DNA of 32,000 nucleotides from Candidatus Saccharimonadota bacterium. GTDB lineage: Bacteria; Patescibacteriota; Patescibacteriia; 2-12-FULL-60-25. A program made the position numbers and the translations under genes. The number at the start of each line of letters is the position of its first letter. Position 1 is the stretch's first letter. This document shows positions 1 to 9,031 of the stretch, one piece after another. The notes beneath the pieces were generated by a model. That model had not been told where the DNA came from, ran no database searches, and saw only the letters and a list, made by a program, of their open reading frames with translations. The DNA lies in contig OY970357.1 of the NCBI GenBank assembly GCA_963718585.1, positions 180,001-212,000 of the forward strand, given 5' to 3'.

Positions 1-447
1 GTCGATCCCGAGTGCGAGTCCGGAGATGACACAGGCGCCGGTGCGGGCGAACGCCTCTCCAAGGAGTGATGCGACGCGGCGTCCGTACATCGTACACGCG
101 CGCGTGCCTACGATCGCGATCGGGAGTCGGTCGTCTGTGAGGGGCGTGCCACGAATGAAGAGCGCGAATGGCGGGTCCGCGATCTCGGCGAGCAGGCGTG
201 GGTAGGTCTCGTCCGTGCGGAGGACAAAGGCGATCCCTTCCGCATCCATGCGCGCGATGGCAGATCCCGGGTCGAACGTTTTCCGGTGTTCGACAAATCG
301 ATCGATCACATGTGCAGGATGGCCCAGACGCGCGAGCGTCTTCCGGTCGACCTGCGCGGCGCGTGTGCCGTCTCCATACTGCGCGTGGAGGCGGGTAAAC
401 GTCTTACTGCCAAATCCATCGAACGAGTTCAGCATCAACCAGCCCAT
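1..447 (-). CDS. dprA: DNA-processing protein DprA/Smf, N-terminal part (3' end runs off the window)
   Basis: Own minus-strand translation from the ATG at 447: MGWLMLNSFDGFGSKTFTRLHAQYG...TYPRLLAEIADPPFALFIRGT...LPIAIVGTRACTMYGRRVA...GACVISGLALGID. This matches the DprA pattern (YP..L..I.DPP..L..RG; AIVGTR..T.YG; SGLA.GID). It is missing from the ORF track because there is no stop inside the window. The start is uncertain: the frame stays open upstream and contains a GTG. Confidence 0.8.
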   Translation of the reverse strand, partial: MGWLMLNSFDGFGSKTFTRLHAQYGDGTRAAQVDRKTLARLGHPAHVIDRFVEHRKTFDPGSAIARMDAEGIAFVLRTDETYPRLLAEIADPPFALFIRGTPLTDDRLPIAIVGTRACTMYGRRVASLLGEAFARTGACVISGLALGID

Positions 448-550
448 GCGGTCGGGGCACCAGGTTACGGGGAGTTGGACGTGGGACGTTGGGAGTGGAG
501 GCACTCTTCCACCGCTGCCCGAGTTCAACTGAAACGTCAAGCGCGCCCGA

Positions 551-1108
551 TCAGGCGCGCTTGTTCCACTGGGTCATGGCGGCGTCGAGACCGTCGGTGA
601 TCCATGTTCGGATCGCATCTGGTGCGCGAGCGATCGTTTCGAGCGTCCGCTCATCCGCGTTCTGCAGGACCCAATCTTCGGTCGGGATCAGACCCTCGGG
701 CCGGCCGATGCCGATCCGGAGGCGATCGATGTCACTGCGACCGAAGAGTTCCTGGATCGAGGTGATGCCGTTATGCCCGGCTGCGCCCCCTTTGGCCAAA
801 AAGGCCATGGCTCCAGGCGGGAGGTCCATCTCATCCTGAACGATCAGAATGTCTTCCGGGCCTACCTTATAATAGGAAGCAAGAGCGGTCGCCGCCTCGC
901 CCGAGAGGTTCATGAAGGTCGTAGGCTTGGCCAGGAGGATGGTCGTTCCAGCGATCTGGCACTTTGCGACCCAGGCGTGATGCTTTGCGTCTTCGGACCA
1001 GGCGGCACCTTCGTCTGTCACGAGCGCGTCGACGGAAAGGAATCCAGCGTTGTGCCGGGTCTTTTCGTACTCTATTCCGGGATTGCCGAGACCGACGATG
1101 AGTTTCAT
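551..1108 (-). CDS. pth: peptidyl-tRNA hydrolase
   Basis: 185-aa ORF with the canonical Pth N-terminus MKLIVGLGNPGIEYEKTRHNAGF and the GHNG motif (AAGHNGITS). Confidence 0.95.
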   Translation of the reverse strand: MKLIVGLGNPGIEYEKTRHNAGFLSVDALVTDEGAAWSEDAKHHAWVAKCQIAGTTILLAKPTTFMNLSGEAATALASYYKVGPEDILIVQDEMDLPPGAMAFLAKGGAAGHNGITSIQELFGRSDIDRLRIGIGRPEGLIPTEDWVLQNADERTLETIARAPDAIRTWITDGLDAAMTQWNKRA

Positions 1109-1109
1109 A

Positions 1110-2549
1110 TCAATATCTGAATCCCTTCCGGCCGATGGGGCGCTTCCGTCGCGGCTTCTGTCCTTTTTTGGTGACGTTCATCATGTCTTTGTCTGAGATG
1201 GCGACGGTCTGCGCCTTGATCACGATCGGCGTGCCCTGGAAACCGAATTTTTCGCGAAGACGATTCTCGAAATATCGAAGCCAGGATTCATGGAGGTTGC
1301 CTTTGCGACCGCGGACCGTGATCTGGAATCGTGGCGGATCGATCCCGATCTGCGTCACATCGTGGACGTACGGGGAGAAGGCACCGACTTCGGCGAGTGG
1401 TTTTTTCCGCGCAAGGACGACCTTCAAGAATTTTTGCAGGGCGTTGTATGTGATCTGGCGCCGGCGTTCCTCACGGATGTTGAAGGCAAGGTCCAGGACC
1501 TTGTGGACGCGTTGACGGTCTTTGGCGGAGATGAAGATGATCGGCGCCCAGGCGAGGAACGGAAAATCCCGACGCAATCGCTGCTCGAATTCCTTTGTGC
1601 TCTTTTCTGTCTTGTCCGGAACCAGATCCCATTTGTTCGCGACGAGGACGAGTCCCTTGGTCTCGTCTTTCATCAGACCGGCGAGACGCTTGTCTTCCTT
1701 TTTTGGCGACTCGGTCGCGTCAAAGACGAGGAGGGCGATGTCCGCCCGCTTGAGCGCCAGCCGGTTGCGTTCGAGGCTTTCTTCCTCCAGCCCGGGTTCC
1801 GCAAGCGAACGACGTCGCATGCCGGCTGTGTCCACCAGGGTCACGGGTTCACCTTTCCATTCCAACGCCGTGTCGATCGGCTCGCGTGTCGTGTGCGCGA
1901 TGGGGGAGACGATGACGCGTTCCTCGCCGAGGATCCCGTTGACGAGCGAGGATTTCCCGACATTCGGTCGGCCCATGACCACGACACGAAGGCCGCCAGG
2001 CTTCTCGGCCGGAGCGGGTGGTTTTCCCAGGCGTGCCAGCTCGACGAAGACGCGATCCAACAGATCGCCGACGCCGCGTCCGGTCGAGGCGGAACAGTAG
2101 ATCGGTTCGCCGAGGGTCAGGCCCCAGACTTCGCGAGCGAACGCTGCCCCGACACTTTTCAGATCATCCGCTTTGTTCGACACGAGCAGGATATGTTTGT
2201 TCAACTTCAACGATTCGCGGGCGAGTTCGCGGTCTTGAGGCAGGATGCCCGAGCGCGTATCCACGAGGAACAGGACCAGATCCGCGTCTTTGATCGCGCG
2301 GTGAGCTTGGGCGCGGATGCCGTTTTCGATCGGTCCTTCCGGGACGTCCATACCCCCCGTGTCGATCACCTCGAACGTCTCGCCGCGCCAAAGGACATCA
2401 CCGTAATTCCGATCTCGGGTCGTATGTTCCTCTTCGGAGACGAGGGCGCCCATCGTTTCGGTCAAACGATTCCAGAGGGTGGATTTTCCCACGTTCGTGC
2501 GCCCGACAAGGGCGACGACGGGAAGTTTACGGAGACGGCGTGCCGGCAT
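1110..2549 (-). CDS. der: ribosome-biogenesis GTPase Der/EngA (tandem GTPase domains plus KH-like C-terminus)
   Basis: Two G-domains. First: GRTNVGKST, DTGG, NKAD. Second: GRPNVGKSS, DTAG, NKWD. Basic C-terminal tail. Its stop lies 1 nt from the pth start. Confidence 0.95.
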   Translation of the reverse strand: MPARRLRKLPVVALVGRTNVGKSTLWNRLTETMGALVSEEEHTTRDRNYGDVLWRGETFEVIDTGGMDVPEGPIENGIRAQAHRAIKDADLVLFLVDTRSGILPQDRELARESLKLNKHILLVSNKADDLKSVGAAFAREVWGLTLGEPIYCSASTGRGVGDLLDRVFVELARLGKPPAPAEKPGGLRVVVMGRPNVGKSSLVNGILGEERVIVSPIAHTTREPIDTALEWKGEPVTLVDTAGMRRRSLAEPGLEEESLERNRLALKRADIALLVFDATESPKKEDKRLAGLMKDETKGLVLVANKWDLVPDKTEKSTKEFEQRLRRDFPFLAWAPIIFISAKDRQRVHKVLDLAFNIREERRRQITYNALQKFLKVVLARKKPLAEVGAFSPYVHDVTQIGIDPPRFQITVRGRKGNLHESWLRYFENRLREKFGFQGTPIVIKAQTVAISDKDMMNVTKKGQKPRRKRPIGRKGFRY

Positions 2550-4005
2550 AATAGGGGTCTACAAAACTCAAGGATGAACCACCCAGGATCACAAGGAACT
2601 GGCTCGAGGTGGCGGCGACGGGTTCGCTGCCTTGGTCGGTCAGGACGGAGGGGCCGGGCGGGGCAGAAGAGACGTTCGCGTCAATGAGGCTGCGCAATCG
2701 GGCGAGCTCGTCCGGTTTTGCGCCGCCGGTCAGGTCATAGATGACCGTCTTCTCATAGCCGCGATGCGCTGCATTGCCGATCGCCGTGACCGTGTAGCCA
2801 AGGTCTTTCAATTTCTGAGAGACCTGCGATGCGAAACCGGTCCGTGTGGTCCCATTGCGGATCTCGACCGCGACCTGTTGCTGGGGATGGTTCTTTGCCT
2901 CGATCTGCGCCTTGGTCTCGAACGGATCGGCGACCGCAGCGCGGATCTCGGACCAGTCTGGTTTGCGCGGGAAGAGCATGAACGCACCTTCGACCGACGT
3001 GTCGACCAGTTCGCCGTCCGGGCCGTCCGTGAGGACGCGCGTCGTAATGTCCGTCTTCGCATAGTCAAGGGCAAGTGGCGCGAACTTCACAAGGTCCCAT
3101 GCCGTCAGGTCGGTCTGCACGTGCGAAGAGATCGCGGTCCAGAGGTCGGTGATCTTTTTCGGATTGGACAAGGTACCGAGGGAGAGGAGCTTGGAGCGGA
3201 CCGCCTCGATCACGAGTTGCTGACGGGCGCTGCGCGCAAAGTCTGACCCTTCGCCGTTGTTGCCGTGTCGCGAGCGTGCGAATTGGAGTGCCGTGTGCCC
3301 ATCCATGTGTTGGAGTCCTTTTTTGAAAGAGACGACCGTCCATTGGTCCGGGTTTGGTCCGTTGTCATCCGTGGGGAACTGGTAATCCGTGAACGTATTC
3401 TGCACGTCGATGTCCACGCCGCCGAGGGTGTCGACAAAATCTTCGAATCCTTTGAAGTCGATCTTCAGGACACGGTCGATGCGGACGCCTAAGAGTTTTG
3501 AGAAGTCCGTGGCGGTCTCGGCCGCTCCTTGTCCCGGATGCGCCTGTTCTGCGTACGCATTGACGGCGTTGATCTTCATGAACCGGCCGCCGCCGAGCGG
3601 ATAGGCGAGGTCACGGGGGATCGAGACGAGCCCGACCTTTTTGGTCGTGCGGTCGATGGAGGCGATGATGATCGTGTCCGTCAGTTGGGAACCTGCATGA
3701 CCACTGCCACCGATCCCGAGGATGAGGATATTGAGTCGGTTGTCGGGCGTGGCAAATGGATCATTCGCCGCATTCGCACTTCCCCCAAGGACAACGTTCC
3801 GAATGTCCGTGAGCGCGAGCATGTTACCGACTTCGCTCAAGACACTCGTGCCATGCGTGGCGGCACGGAACGATGCTCCGCCGCCGACCGCCGCCAAGAG
3901 ACCCACGAATAGCGTAAAGAGCCCGGCGGCGACCAGGGTCGTCCGGCGGGCTTTTCGCTCGGCATCTCCGTTCAGTAAATTGATCTTGACTCCGCGTGAT
4001 TTCAT
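2527..4005 (-). CDS. LytR-CpsA-Psr (LCP) family cell-envelope polymer transferase with C-terminal LytR_C-like domain
   Basis: N-terminal TM segment (LVAAGLFTLFVGLLAAV). LCP core LNILILGIGGSGHAGSQLTDTIIIASIDRTTKKVGLVSIPRDL. C-terminal VAVEIRNGTTRTGFASQVSQKLKDLGYTV. Overlaps the der start by 23 nt. Confidence 0.9.
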   Translation of the reverse strand: MKSRGVKINLLNGDAERKARRTTLVAAGLFTLFVGLLAAVGGGASFRAATHGTSVLSEVGNMLALTDIRNVVLGGSANAANDPFATPDNRLNILILGIGGSGHAGSQLTDTIIIASIDRTTKKVGLVSIPRDLAYPLGGGRFMKINAVNAYAEQAHPGQGAAETATDFSKLLGVRIDRVLKIDFKGFEDFVDTLGGVDIDVQNTFTDYQFPTDDNGPNPDQWTVVSFKKGLQHMDGHTALQFARSRHGNNGEGSDFARSARQQLVIEAVRSKLLSLGTLSNPKKITDLWTAISSHVQTDLTAWDLVKFAPLALDYAKTDITTRVLTDGPDGELVDTSVEGAFMLFPRKPDWSEIRAAVADPFETKAQIEAKNHPQQQVAVEIRNGTTRTGFASQVSQKLKDLGYTVTAIGNAAHRGYEKTVIYDLTGGAKPDELARLRSLIDANVSSAPPGPSVLTDQGSEPVAATSSQFLVILGGSSLSFVDPYYAGTPSP

Positions 4006-4025
4006 GCCTTCTTCTGTGTTGTCCG

Positions 4026-4034
4026 ACTATACCA
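4026..4034 (-). promoter_or_regulatory. extended -10 promoter box TGGTATAGT for the LCP gene
   Basis: Minus strand reads TGGTATAGT, then 20 nt containing GAAGAAGG (SD-like), then the ATG at 4005. One mismatch to the TGGTATACT box seen three times elsewhere in intergenic DNA. Confidence 0.55.
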
Positions 4035-4131
4035 GCGTCCGGGTGGTTTGGCGAGGGGGGTATGGAGCGACGGAATGCCTGAGCCAAGCCCTCTTTTCAG
4101 GGTGTATCCCTGCGCCGGACGAAACGGATTA

Positions 4132-4140
4132 TGGTATACT
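4132..4140 (+). promoter_or_regulatory. extended -10 promoter box TGGTATACT for the T4SS-like operon
   Basis: TGGTATACT (TGn + TATACT) in the divergent intergenic region. The hexamer ends 9 nt before the ATG at 4150, implying a leaderless or near-leaderless transcript. Confidence 0.6.
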
Positions 4141-4149
4141 TCTCATTAG

Positions 4150-7137
4150 ATGAAGGACCGCCTCTTCGCATCGTTCTTGGCATTTCGCGAGAAGGCCTCT
4201 TTTTGGCGCGAGCATATCCGAATGCGTGTGGATCGTTCGCCAAGCTGGACGCGGATCGGGTTGATTATCGCGACCGTTGGATTAGGTATTTCTTCTGGAG
4301 CAGAAGTCGTCCATGCGCAGGCGGCGGCTGCGGTGGTAGGTGCCGCGGCCAGTGCGATCCCGGGCGGTACCGTCTTCGCGGGATTGGTGTCCGCCATCCC
4401 TTCGGTCGGCAGTCTGATCACAAACGGACCGGCATCCATCGCCGTCGGCATCGTCTCGGTCATCCTCAACACGCTGCTCTACGTCGTCATCCAGCTCTTG
4501 CTCAAGCTGAACACGGGACTGACCTACATCCTGGTCCACGCGGCAGCGTACAACTATTTCGTGAATGCGGGCGTCGTCGTGACGGGGTGGACCCTGGTGC
4601 GCGACATCTGCAACATGTTCTTCATCGTGGTCCTGCTGATCATCGCGTTCTCCACGATCATCGGGTATCAGGAATTCCACTACAAGCGGTATCTGCCGAA
4701 GTTGCTCCTCATGGCCGTGCTGATCAATTTCTCGCGGACGCTGATCGGGCTGCTCATCGACTTCTCGCAGGTCATCACGCTGACGTTCGTCAACGGATTC
4801 CAGAACGCGGCATTCGGCAATTTCGCGAGCGCCTTCCAGCTCACGAATCTGTTGAATACGTCGAAGGACGTCTCGCAGGCGATCGCGACCGGGAATTATC
4901 AAGGTGCGGCGAGTGATCTGGGTTCGACCATGATCACCATGCTGTATGCCATCAGCGTGCTGACCATTGCCGCGACCACGATCACGATCCTGGCGCTCTA
5001 TTTCATCGTCCGCATCATCTTCCTCTGGATCCTGTTGATCCTCTCGCCGATCGCGTTCCTCATGACGGCCCTGCCCGGCAAGATGCAAAAGGCTGTTGCG
5101 CCTGCGAGTCAGGATTTTTGGAACAAATTATCCGCGTGGTTGACCGGCGGGCCCATCGTCGCGTTCTTTCTCTGGTTAGCCCTTGCGACCGTGCAAAAAG
5201 GGACGAATGATTTCGCCACGATCGTTCCGGATTCCCCGGAAGCGAACATCACGGCGAACGCGGCTTTCAGTGAGGCGAGTACGCCGACCAATATGTCGCT
5301 CTTCATCGTGTCCGTCGCCTTCATGCTCATCGGCGTGAATACGGCGGTCAGCGTTTCGCAGAAGGCGGCGCCGCAGCTTGGCGGCATTGCGGCGCGGATC
5401 AAGTCCGAAGGCGGACCGGCCGGCTATGTCGGCCGTCGTGCCGCGCGTGTGACCGGTCGTGCCGCGCGCGCCGGCGGACGGGCGAGTTTGGCGTTGGCCA
5501 GACCGTACGTCGGACAGGCTGCAGGTCAGCTTGGCTCACGCGTTCAATCTGCGGCGCCAGGATTGGCGCGGATCCCAGGGATCGGTGCGCCGCTCGCCCG
5601 CGGAGCTGCCCGTCTCGGTGGTCGCGGGATCGGGTTCGAGCGGGGTCTGCAAGCGGAAGCAGCAAAGGGATTGGGCAAAGAGACAGAATTCATGCCGCCA
5701 GAGACCGCTCTCGCGTATATGCAATCGCTTAAGCAGCGGAATCTGCCTCCGGATCAGGCGCATGCGGTCGATCGGAAGATGGCGGAGATGGCGACCAAGG
5801 GCGGGCAAAAGGCGTATATCGATCAAGCGAAAGCCGGGCTTCAGGGCCGAGGGCTCTCCGGTGATCAGCTCAATGCGGTCGCCGACGCCCAGGCTGAGGA
5901 TCGGATGCGTTCTATCATCGCCGCAGACAGCTCTAATGCCAAAGCATCGAACGATTCGAAGCGTTCTGGAGAGATCGACGAAGCGTATAAGAAGGATCCG
6001 TCCAAATACAATGACATCAAAGACATCCTCAAGTCCGTCAACGAAAATCCGGATAGTACGCGGAAGCATGATGCCTATAAGGATATGGCAGTGGTCGCAG
6101 CCGAACTCAACAAACGCGGATTCGCGGATGCGGAGTCCGGCTTGACCAAGCCGGCGAATGAGATCCTGGAAGATGACGACTTCAAGAAGATGCTCACGGG
6201 TGCACGGGGCGAATACATACGCGCAGCCATGACCGATTTCGGGACGGCGGAAGGCAATGGCCGACTGCGTCAGATCCTCGCGGCCGGGACCGAGGCGGGG
6301 TCAAAGGATGCAGGGACCGTGTCCGCCGCCAATGCTCAGCGCTACCGCATGTCCAAATCCGCAGACGGGAAGCAAATGGTCTTTGCAAATGCCGCAGGTC
6401 AGTTCGGAGGCTTTGACATGAAAGAGGTGAAGGCCGGGAGTCAGCGGGTCCGGAGCGTCCCCCAGTTGGTCGGACAGGTCAGTGATGGGGCGTTGCGTGG
6501 ACGCGCGGAACGGGCGTCGCATTCCCTTGGCGTGGATACGCCGTCACGTATCCGATCGTTCCAGCAGCCGCTCAATGAACGTCAGGCGAACGCCATGGTC
6601 AATGTCGCTCAGGCCTACAGTAATCCGCCGGCGACGACGAACGCCGCGGCGATGTCAGACTTCGCGCATGCACAGGGTGAGGCATTGGCAAGCGGTCTAC
6701 CGACCTCGGTCGCCGCGAATTATGATGATGCGACGAATACCTATCGGGATGATCAGAGTCGGTCCGCACATCTGGAAAATCTGGATTCAGCGATGGCCAA
6801 TGTCGATTCGGATGACCCGGATATTCAAAGCGCCTCCATCAGCATGGTCGCGAACACGAATGCGGATCTGTTGAAGAACGGAGGGCAGATGCGGGATGTG
6901 GTCGTGGACGCCTTGAATCGGAATGCGGACAAGGTCAGGAAACTTTTCTCCAATGCCACGAAGGAACAGGGGAAGAAGATGCAGTCGATGATGAAAGAGC
7001 TTTCCAAACAGGCAGAGGCAGTGGTCGACCGCGGCGGTCCGACGAATACAGGCGAAGAACATCTTGTGGAACTCCGTACGAAGCTCGGTGGAAAGGCCAT
7101 GCGGAACCTCGGCGGCGATTCTAACAAGAAAGCCTAG
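4150..7137 (+). CDS. VirB6/TrbL-like polytopic membrane protein with a long hydrophilic C-terminal extension (T4SS-like operon, gene 1)
   Basis: 995-aa ORF. Signal-like segment RIGLIIATVGLGISSGAEVVHAQ. Multiple long hydrophobic helices follow (e.g. MFFIVVLLIIAFSTIIG, LLLMAVLINFSRTLIGLLIDF, IFLWILLILSPIAFLM, IVAFFLWLALATV), an arrangement typical of VirB6/TrbL proteins. After about aa 415 the protein is entirely hydrophilic. Alternative start: ATG at 4222. Family assignment is by architecture and operon context, not by a search. Confidence 0.6.
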   Translation: MKDRLFASFLAFREKASFWREHIRMRVDRSPSWTRIGLIIATVGLGISSGAEVVHAQAAAAVVGAAASAIPGGTVFAGLVSAIPSVGSLITNGPASIAVGIVSVILNTLLYVVIQLLLKLNTGLTYILVHAAAYNYFVNAGVVVTGWTLVRDICNMFFIVVLLIIAFSTIIGYQEFHYKRYLPKLLLMAVLINFSRTLIGLLIDFSQVITLTFVNGFQNAAFGNFASAFQLTNLLNTSKDVSQAIATGNYQGAASDLGSTMITMLYAISVLTIAATTITILALYFIVRIIFLWILLILSPIAFLMTALPGKMQKAVAPASQDFWNKLSAWLTGGPIVAFFLWLALATVQKGTNDFATIVPDSPEANITANAAFSEASTPTNMSLFIVSVAFMLIGVNTAVSVSQKAAPQLGGIAARIKSEGGPAGYVGRRAARVTGRAARAGGRASLALARPYVGQAAGQLGSRVQSAAPGLARIPGIGAPLARGAARLGGRGIGFERGLQAEAAKGLGKETEFMPPETALAYMQSLKQRNLPPDQAHAVDRKMAEMATKGGQKAYIDQAKAGLQGRGLSGDQLNAVADAQAEDRMRSIIAADSSNAKASNDSKRSGEIDEAYKKDPSKYNDIKDILKSVNENPDSTRKHDAYKDMAVVAAELNKRGFADAESGLTKPANEILEDDDFKKMLTGARGEYIRAAMTDFGTAEGNGRLRQILAAGTEAGSKDAGTVSAANAQRYRMSKSADGKQMVFANAAGQFGGFDMKEVKAGSQRVRSVPQLVGQVSDGALRGRAERASHSLGVDTPSRIRSFQQPLNERQANAMVNVAQAYSNPPATTNAAAMSDFAHAQGEALASGLPTSVAANYDDATNTYRDDQSRSAHLENLDSAMANVDSDDPDIQSASISMVANTNADLLKNGGQMRDVVVDALNRNADKVRKLFSNATKEQGKKMQSMMKELSKQAEAVVDRGGPTNTGEEHLVELRTKLGGKAMRNLGGDSNKKA

Positions 7138-7140
7138 CCT

Positions 7141-8931
7141 ATGCCGACGAAACGGCAGTCATTCGGAGACCTGTTCGACATGCCGGATGGACTCCGGAAA
7201 TTCGTCTTATCCCAGGCATTCGAGGACGCGGACACGAACCTGCAGAAGACGTATCAGCTTACCCCGGAACAGACGACGGCGATGGGAGATGCGGTCATGG
7301 CCGCGATCTATGGACAGGATCTCGCGAGTACCATCGACACGATCAAGCAGGTCGTCGTTCCCGCCGCGCTGCCGGAAGAAAAATGGAAAACGTTCCTTGC
7401 CGATATGGTCAAACTCGAGCTGTGGCCGATCCGGGAGTTGTTCGGGTCCGAATTGACCGATGTGTTGAATCAGCATCAGATCGGGACCGGCGGTTGGCCG
7501 ACGGAGCGCGTTCTCCTCAAGCCTTTGTCGTATAGTGGCGCGGCGACCGAGACCGCATCCATGGCCGGATTCACCCTCATGGGTCCGCAGATGCGTGAAC
7601 GGTTGCGCGATCTGATCGTCAGTAAATCCAAAGGCGTTCGGACCGATGCGCAAGTCCGCGATGTCCTCACGCGTTCGGGCGATTTCGGCGGGCTTGGCCT
7701 GGATGGAGCCGGGGCCGACAAAACGCTTGCGGTCATGAACAATATCCTGTCGAGCGTGAAGGTCATGTCCGAGGATGAATATTCCTCCTGGTTGGCCGAA
7801 TCGGCGAAACCAAAGGCCGAGGTCCCCGCAGAAGAGGGGGCGGAACTGACGGAAGAAGACCAGGAGATCGCCCAGATCAAAGCGAAGATGCCGAAAGCGT
7901 CAAAAGCACCGGAGACCGTGCTCGAGCAGGCGATCGATAAGACGTTCGATCAGATCGGATATGACGTTGCAGATAATTACCTCTCCAATCGGTTGCGTCA
8001 CATCATCTCATCCCGATTCCGCGATGTGCGCACGTCGCTCGAGGTCAAACAGCTCCTCATGCGGGACTCCAAGGTCGGTGGCATGAGCTTGGATGAAGGG
8101 TTGGCCGACCGGCTCACGCATGAGATCGAGGATGCATACAAGACCTATCACGATGCGATATATAAGGAAGAGGAAGGGCGACTCGTGAAGCAAAAAGAAG
8201 AGCAGAAGATCAAGATCGATGAACGGCGTGAACGCGAGGCAAAGGAGCATGCCAAATGGTATGAGGAGCGGATCCTGGCCAAGAAAGAGACGGAGTCGAA
8301 GCAAAAAGAGTTGGCCGCGCAGATGAAGAGCACCTATCAGGCGTACATCGCGGGGCCGACGACGCCTCTCGCGGGCGCACACCCCTTGGAGGCGAAGGAA
8401 CAGCGCCGTGAGACAGAGCGATTCGGGACGATGGTCCCGGCCGCAGCCGCCGGCGCAACGGCCATTGCCGAGAAGGGGACGGCGCCAAGCACGGGCAAGG
8501 CCGCGCGACCGGAGGTGAAGGTCTCTGCGCCGACCGCGAAGCTCGCAGCCGAAGCCCCGATCGCCCTGAAACCCAAGATGCAGGACATTGCGCGCACGTC
8601 TCCCAAGCTCGTCGGTCCGGCTGAGGAGCTGCACAACATGACCCTGGCCACATTCCGGCGTCTGTCGAGCGATCCGGAGGAGGCGGCGACGAAGATCATG
8701 GAGAAGATCGATACGCTCGGACAGGAGTCGTTCGAAAAACGGTCTGCAGGGATCAAGGCTTGGCAGCAAAGTCCGTTACAGCGAGCCTATGTCTCGCTGG
8801 TAGGGGAGTCGTTCCGCTCCGGAAAGCCGGTGACCGAGATCGCGGAGCAGAAACGCACCGGGGGCGAGGATACACTGCTTCCGCCCGAGGTCGCGGCTAT
8901 CATTTCGCTCAATTCTAAGTTACACTATTGA
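7141..8931 (+). CDS. hypothetical soluble protein with a central K/E-rich coiled-coil-like segment (T4SS-like operon, gene 2)
   Basis: 596-aa ORF starting 3 nt after the gene 1 stop. No TM segment. Charged block KEEEGRLVKQKEEQKIKIDERREREAKEHAKWYEERILAKKETESKQKELAAQMK. No catalytic motif recognised. Confidence 0.7.
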   Translation: MPTKRQSFGDLFDMPDGLRKFVLSQAFEDADTNLQKTYQLTPEQTTAMGDAVMAAIYGQDLASTIDTIKQVVVPAALPEEKWKTFLADMVKLELWPIRELFGSELTDVLNQHQIGTGGWPTERVLLKPLSYSGAATETASMAGFTLMGPQMRERLRDLIVSKSKGVRTDAQVRDVLTRSGDFGGLGLDGAGADKTLAVMNNILSSVKVMSEDEYSSWLAESAKPKAEVPAEEGAELTEEDQEIAQIKAKMPKASKAPETVLEQAIDKTFDQIGYDVADNYLSNRLRHIISSRFRDVRTSLEVKQLLMRDSKVGGMSLDEGLADRLTHEIEDAYKTYHDAIYKEEEGRLVKQKEEQKIKIDERREREAKEHAKWYEERILAKKETESKQKELAAQMKSTYQAYIAGPTTPLAGAHPLEAKEQRRETERFGTMVPAAAAGATAIAEKGTAPSTGKAARPEVKVSAPTAKLAAEAPIALKPKMQDIARTSPKLVGPAEELHNMTLATFRRLSSDPEEAATKIMEKIDTLGQESFEKRSAGIKAWQQSPLQRAYVSLVGESFRSGKPVTEIAEQKRTGGEDTLLPPEVAAIISLNSKLHY

Positions 8932-9031
8932 TGAAAGAATCTGGAATCGAGAATCTCGGATTTAGCAGGGGAACGGATCCGACCGCGCCCCTCCTAGCTT
9001 CCAGATCCTCACTTCCAGCTTCCAGCCCAAC

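Noticed and set aside
1290-2687. 465-aa plus-strand ORF
   Set aside because: It is antisense to the well-supported der gene. Its product is R/D/E/G-rich low complexity with no motif, the typical spurious long ORF of high-GC DNA.
8998-9020. 10-nt match AGATCCTCAC (+CACTTCC) shared by the 8932-9031 and 12776-12991 spacers; CTTCCAG triplication at 8998-9025
   Set aside because: Hundreds of 10-mer coincidences are expected in a 32-kb window. There is no extended alignment or structure around them.
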